A program made the translations under genes and the position numbers. The notes below the pieces were generated by a model. The model had not been told where the DNA came from. It did not search any database and saw only the letters and a list, made by a program, of their open reading frames with translations. From the NCBI GenBank assembly GCA_002502095.1, contig DAPJ01000021.1, positions 29,069-93,068 on the forward strand: 64,000 bases of DNA, in the 5' to 3' direction. Below are positions 60,734 to 64,000 of the stretch, in pieces. The number at the start of each line of letters is the position of its first letter. Positions within the stretch are counted from its first letter, which is position 1. This DNA comes from Euryarchaeota archaeon UBA62 (GTDB taxonomy: Archaea; Thermoplasmatota; Poseidoniia; Poseidoniales; Thalassarchaeaceae).

Positions 60734-61690
60734 TCAACCATTCGAAACACGTTCACTCTGTTTCTGAACCTCTCTAACCCCTACAACAATTAGAATGAAT
60801 CCAACTATCATGGACGCACCAATATTCTCCCCTAATAATGCCCAACCCCCTATTACTCCAAAAACTGGGACGAGGAAAACATAGGAAGAAGCGGCTGTCG
60901 GCCCAATTACCTCTATTCCTTTCGCAAATAGTACGTAAGCAAGAACGGTAGAAATAACACCTAGATATGCAATAGTCGCCCATTCTGCAGAGCTAGGAGT
61001 GGGTATTCCGGAAGACCAGATCTCGAAAACCATCCAAGGGGTTAGTAGAATCCAACCAATGAATGAGTACCATACTACTATCTCAAGAGGGGAAACACTG
61101 CTTTTACGTGACAGCAAAATCTTAGTTAAATTCGTAGTCGTAGCCCATGAAAAAGCGGCCATCAGAATCATAAAATCTCCGGTCAATCGGTGATTAAATG
61201 GAATATCTGAGTTTGGACTCCATCCGATAACAACAACAACCCCAGCAATCCCAGTGAGGAGCCCCAGGGACATTCTGCCAGTAATTTTCTGATGTAGCAT
61301 AGGGGCGGCTAAGAGGACAGTAAAAACAGGATTGAGAGAAACTATCAGGGAAGCATCTCCTGCTGCCGTCCAAGACATTCCATGCATGAAAAATAATTGA
61401 TAACACATAGTCCCGAAAATACCTAGCCAAATCGATAACCTCCATGATTCTCCGTCCGGAGGGACGAATCTGAAGCCTCCTCTGGATCTATTTGCCAAAT
61501 ACCAGATGAAGAACACTACAACTGCAAATGCATATCTAAGCCATGCCGAAGTAGCTGGCTCAAGAGTAGCGGAATTACTGTCGTCGGTACCGTAACTAAG
61601 AAATCTGCCAGCAGCCCAAGTAGAGCCCCATATAATGGCAGCCAACAATAGTAGGAGATGCGTCCTAAGATTCCCAGTTTTTGATTCCAC
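60734..61690 (-). CDS. DMT/EamA family transporter
   Basis: IWGSTW, about 10 TMs, two EamA repeats, LGE; GTG start after GGGGGA. Confidence 0.9.
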   Translation of the reverse strand: MESKTGNLRTHLLLLLAAIIWGSTWAAGRFLSYGTDDSNSATLEPATSAWLRYAFAVVVFFIWYLANRSRGGFRFVPPDGESWRLSIWLGIFGTMCYQLFFMHGMSWTAAGDASLIVSLNPVFTVLLAAPMLHQKITGRMSLGLLTGIAGVVVVIGWSPNSDIPFNHRLTGDFMILMAAFSWATTTNLTKILLSRKSSVSPLEIVVWYSFIGWILLTPWMVFEIWSSGIPTPSSAEWATIAYLGVISTVLAYVLFAKGIEVIGPTAASSYVFLVPVFGVIGGWALLGENIGASMIVGFILIVVGVREVQKQSERVSNG

Positions 61691-61707
61691 TATCGGTCCC
61701 CCGGTAG

Positions 61708-62901
61708 TCAAGCACTCTCGCAGATGCTTTGGATGCGTTTTGTAAATTCGGGATCTGTGGCACTCACACAATCATCTCCTTCTACACACCCACCGGTCTT
61801 AGAAGCAATTATCATCGCGGTCATTGCCATTCTATGATCGGAATAAGTCAGTACAGGATCGACAGGACGGGATGGTTCCTGTCCTCCCGGGACAATAATA
61901 CCATCACTACTTTCCATTGATTTTATTCCGAATGCACCAAGCATCTCTACCGTCTTGGATATCCGGTCACTTTCCTTCCCCCTGGCATGTGCACATCCTG
62001 TGATTCTTCCTCCTTTTCCAATTGCCATTATCGCGGCAGAAGGGGTGATAATATCCGATGCATGGGTTAAATCTAGAATCTCTGAACCGCCAATCAACAT
62101 ATCGATAGCTTTCTTCAATCCGATAATCTCATCAACCTTATTTTTTCTAATTGTAACTCCATGTATTCTAGAGAAAAGAGTAGCCATCGGTATCAAGCTC
62201 TCCTCAGCATATACTTCAATTAATGAGGGCGTACAAACTTCCCATGGGCCTAGTTGTATTTCGCCTCTATCGACGCTGATATTTTTTCCCGACATTGAGC
62301 ATATTTTCTTAGTCAGGCCCCAATATCCTTCGCTAACACTTACTCCCTTTATTTTGAGAGAAATTTCATGTGGTAAATTGGGCGATGCCAGGGCCATGGC
62401 AGTCAAACCCTGACTTGTTCCACTCAAATCAATAGTGGCATCTTTAGAACTAATCCTCCCCGATACTGTCCTAGGTACAGAATTACTACTTATCTCACAT
62501 CCAAGTTGAGATAAAGTATCACAGAGTCCTACAGAAGTCCTCCTTCTAAGTGAACTATCCCCGTCTATTACAGCATCACCTTTCAAACAAGCCGATATCG
62601 CCGAGATTACGCTGGCTGTAGTTCCAGAATTTCCACAATTCAGAACATTATCAGGAACATACAATCCATCTCCTGGGCCTTCAATGATCCAATTACCTTC
62701 TCTAAAATCAATTTTAGAGCCCATTGTTGCCAAACAATTTGCCATCGAGAAAGAGTCCTCCCCAGGCACTCCTTCAAATGAAATATTTGTCTCCCCATAA
62801 CTCTGAGATCCAAGAGCTAGCCATCTAATCATATGGCTCTTTGAAGGAGGCATTAACCAGTCAAAAGAACCGGTCAGATCGGTACCATCGAATTCCCTCA
62901 T
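61708..62901 (-). CDS. aroA: 3-phosphoshikimate 1-carboxyvinyltransferase (divergent)
   Basis: PPSKSH, GNSGTT, GDSSLRRR, KESDR, DHRMAM. Confidence 0.85.
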   Translation of the reverse strand: MREFDGTDLTGSFDWLMPPSKSHMIRWLALGSQSYGETNISFEGVPGEDSFSMANCLATMGSKIDFREGNWIIEGPGDGLYVPDNVLNCGNSGTTASVISAISACLKGDAVIDGDSSLRRRTSVGLCDTLSQLGCEISSNSVPRTVSGRISSKDATIDLSGTSQGLTAMALASPNLPHEISLKIKGVSVSEGYWGLTKKICSMSGKNISVDRGEIQLGPWEVCTPSLIEVYAEESLIPMATLFSRIHGVTIRKNKVDEIIGLKKAIDMLIGGSEILDLTHASDIITPSAAIMAIGKGGRITGCAHARGKESDRISKTVEMLGAFGIKSMESSDGIIVPGGQEPSRPVDPVLTYSDHRMAMTAMIIASKTGGCVEGDDCVSATDPEFTKRIQSICESA

Positions 62902-62916
62902 GAGCCCACGTATAGC

Positions 62917-63810
62917 TCATTCGTGTTGAATCCTCGTATCTCTGCTTCTAATCCAATCTCCGAAGTCAACAGAAGAATCCCACTCTCTAGATACCTCATC
63001 TATGACGCTCAAATGCATGGTTTCATCCAATCCTCCAGTATCTTTAACTAGATTATTTCGAAGTAGCATTTTTGGACTCAGGCCGGGCATTAGTACTCCT
63101 ATCGCCCAAGGGACTCTTCCTGGGTATACCTCATTTACATGATTGACTATGTTTGTGGTACAGGTGTTTGTGAGAGTGTTGTACCACTCTGGCTCATTTG
63201 CCAACTTGTTTGTTCTTCTTATGTAAGACTCCAGCATCCTTCTTTCGTTTCCCGGTCCAAGGACCACCCCTTCGAAAAGATGCGTCTTAGATTTTAATCT
63301 GCATCGGGATCTCACTCCGATTATATCACGCTCAGTGCCCCAGACATAGATTAACTCATAAGTTCTAAAAATACCTTTCAAAGGGTCATAAGAGACTCCT
63401 TTCTTCTTTCTAACCTCGATTGAGCAAGCCAGTCTTCTGCCATCTTCAAATTCATAGCTCAGTATAGTATGTGCCATCTCCCTTCTTTCAGGGCTAAAGT
63501 ATTCAAGTACAAACCATATCTTCGTCACCTTACTCAGGTCCACTTTCACATCTATCCATTGTTCATCGTAATCCTTGGTAGTTCTCCAATTGAAATCACG
63601 GACATTTCTGAAAAATGCTATATCTCCTACAGATTCAACAGTGGCTAGCCTTTCATTATCATTGACCCATGATCTTTCATTTGAGGGGGACATCGCGAAA
63701 TGCCTCCTGAGAATCAGTATCAGAGCTATTGATAATATCAGAAAAATGACGATAGTCAAATCTGCGATTGACGTCACAGACTCCCGTAAGCGCATGAGGA
63801 AATAACTCAT
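62917..63810 (-). CDS. DUF4105 domain protein
   Basis: PSNERSW, NVRDFNW, AHTILSY, SIEVRK, YELIY...ERD, YNTLTNTCTTN; start placed downstream of the tRNA. Confidence 0.8.
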   Translation of the reverse strand: MSYFLMRLRESVTSIADLTIVIFLILSIALILILRRHFAMSPSNERSWVNDNERLATVESVGDIAFFRNVRDFNWRTTKDYDEQWIDVKVDLSKVTKIWFVLEYFSPERREMAHTILSYEFEDGRRLACSIEVRKKKGVSYDPLKGIFRTYELIYVWGTERDIIGVRSRCRLKSKTHLFEGVVLGPGNERRMLESYIRRTNKLANEPEWYNTLTNTCTTNIVNHVNEVYPGRVPWAIGVLMPGLSPKMLLRNNLVKDTGGLDETMHLSVIDEVSREWDSSVDFGDWIRSRDTRIQHE

Positions 63811-63822
63811 GCCCAGAATTAA

Positions 63823-63909
63823 TGGCGCGGCAGGGGAGATTCGAACTCCCGAGGTGAAACACCACTGGATTAGCAATCCAGCGCAATGGCCAGGCTATGC
63901 GACTGCCGC
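63823..63909 (-). tRNA. tRNA-Ser(GCT) with encoded CCA
   Basis: Acceptor GCGGCAG/CTGCCGC, anticodon arm CTGGA-TTGCTAA-TCCAG, long variable arm, GTTCGAATC T-loop, GCCA end. Confidence 0.96.
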
Positions 63910-63951
63910 AGCGCTCTAGCCACCATAGGTCCCCGCTTAAGCCGAGCGGTC

Positions 63952-64000
63952 TCACTCTTCCTCTTCGGAAGATCTGATATCAACTAATGAAGAGGGTAAT
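63952..64000 (-). CDS. Probable 3' end of a gene continuing beyond the window
   Basis: Reads ...LPSSLVDIRSSEEEE-stop; the acidic C-terminus resembles other genes here. Confidence 0.35.
   Translation of the reverse strand, partial: LPSSLVDIRSSEEEE

Noticed and set aside
10..63805. Many short antisense or nested ORFs in the six-frame track (e.g. 10-432, 3808-4314, 7679-8134, 27647-28084, 59590-60084)
   Set aside because: They lie opposite or inside well-supported genes, have Ser/Ile/Pro-rich shadow-ORF composition and show no motifs
63811..63955. N-terminal extension of the DUF4105 ORF to 63876 and ORF 63677-63955
   Set aside because: Both overlap the tRNA-Ser gene; spurious

Overview
Gene-dense archaeal chromosomal segment with about 57 CDS and one tRNA-Ser(GCT). 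I found no CRISPR array, rRNA, IS element or provirus. The archaeal informational genes (tbp, aIF2-gamma, rps6e, rpl10e, cdc6/orc1, dph2, archaeosine tgtA, CTP-dependent ribK), bacterial-type metabolic genes and large acidic secreted proteins fit Marine Group II Thermoplasmatota (Ca. Poseidoniales); this taxonomy is inference. All protein calls come from motif recognition by eye, not database searches. Most notable: (1) a single 1271-aa ORF fusing a secreted subtilisin (S8) protease to an AmpG-type MFS transporter; (2) an AT-rich intergenic array of CGTTAAT direct and inverted repeats directly upstream of an unusual P-loop/acidic-linker/winged-HTH gene, about 4.4 kb from cdc6 (candidate origin or operator system); (3) aIF2-gamma and truA both appear to need CTG start codons; (4) a TBP with a ~53-aa insertion; (5) a fused large+small AcnX that, with mvk and class II HMG-CoA reductase, suggests the modified archaeal mevalonate pathway.
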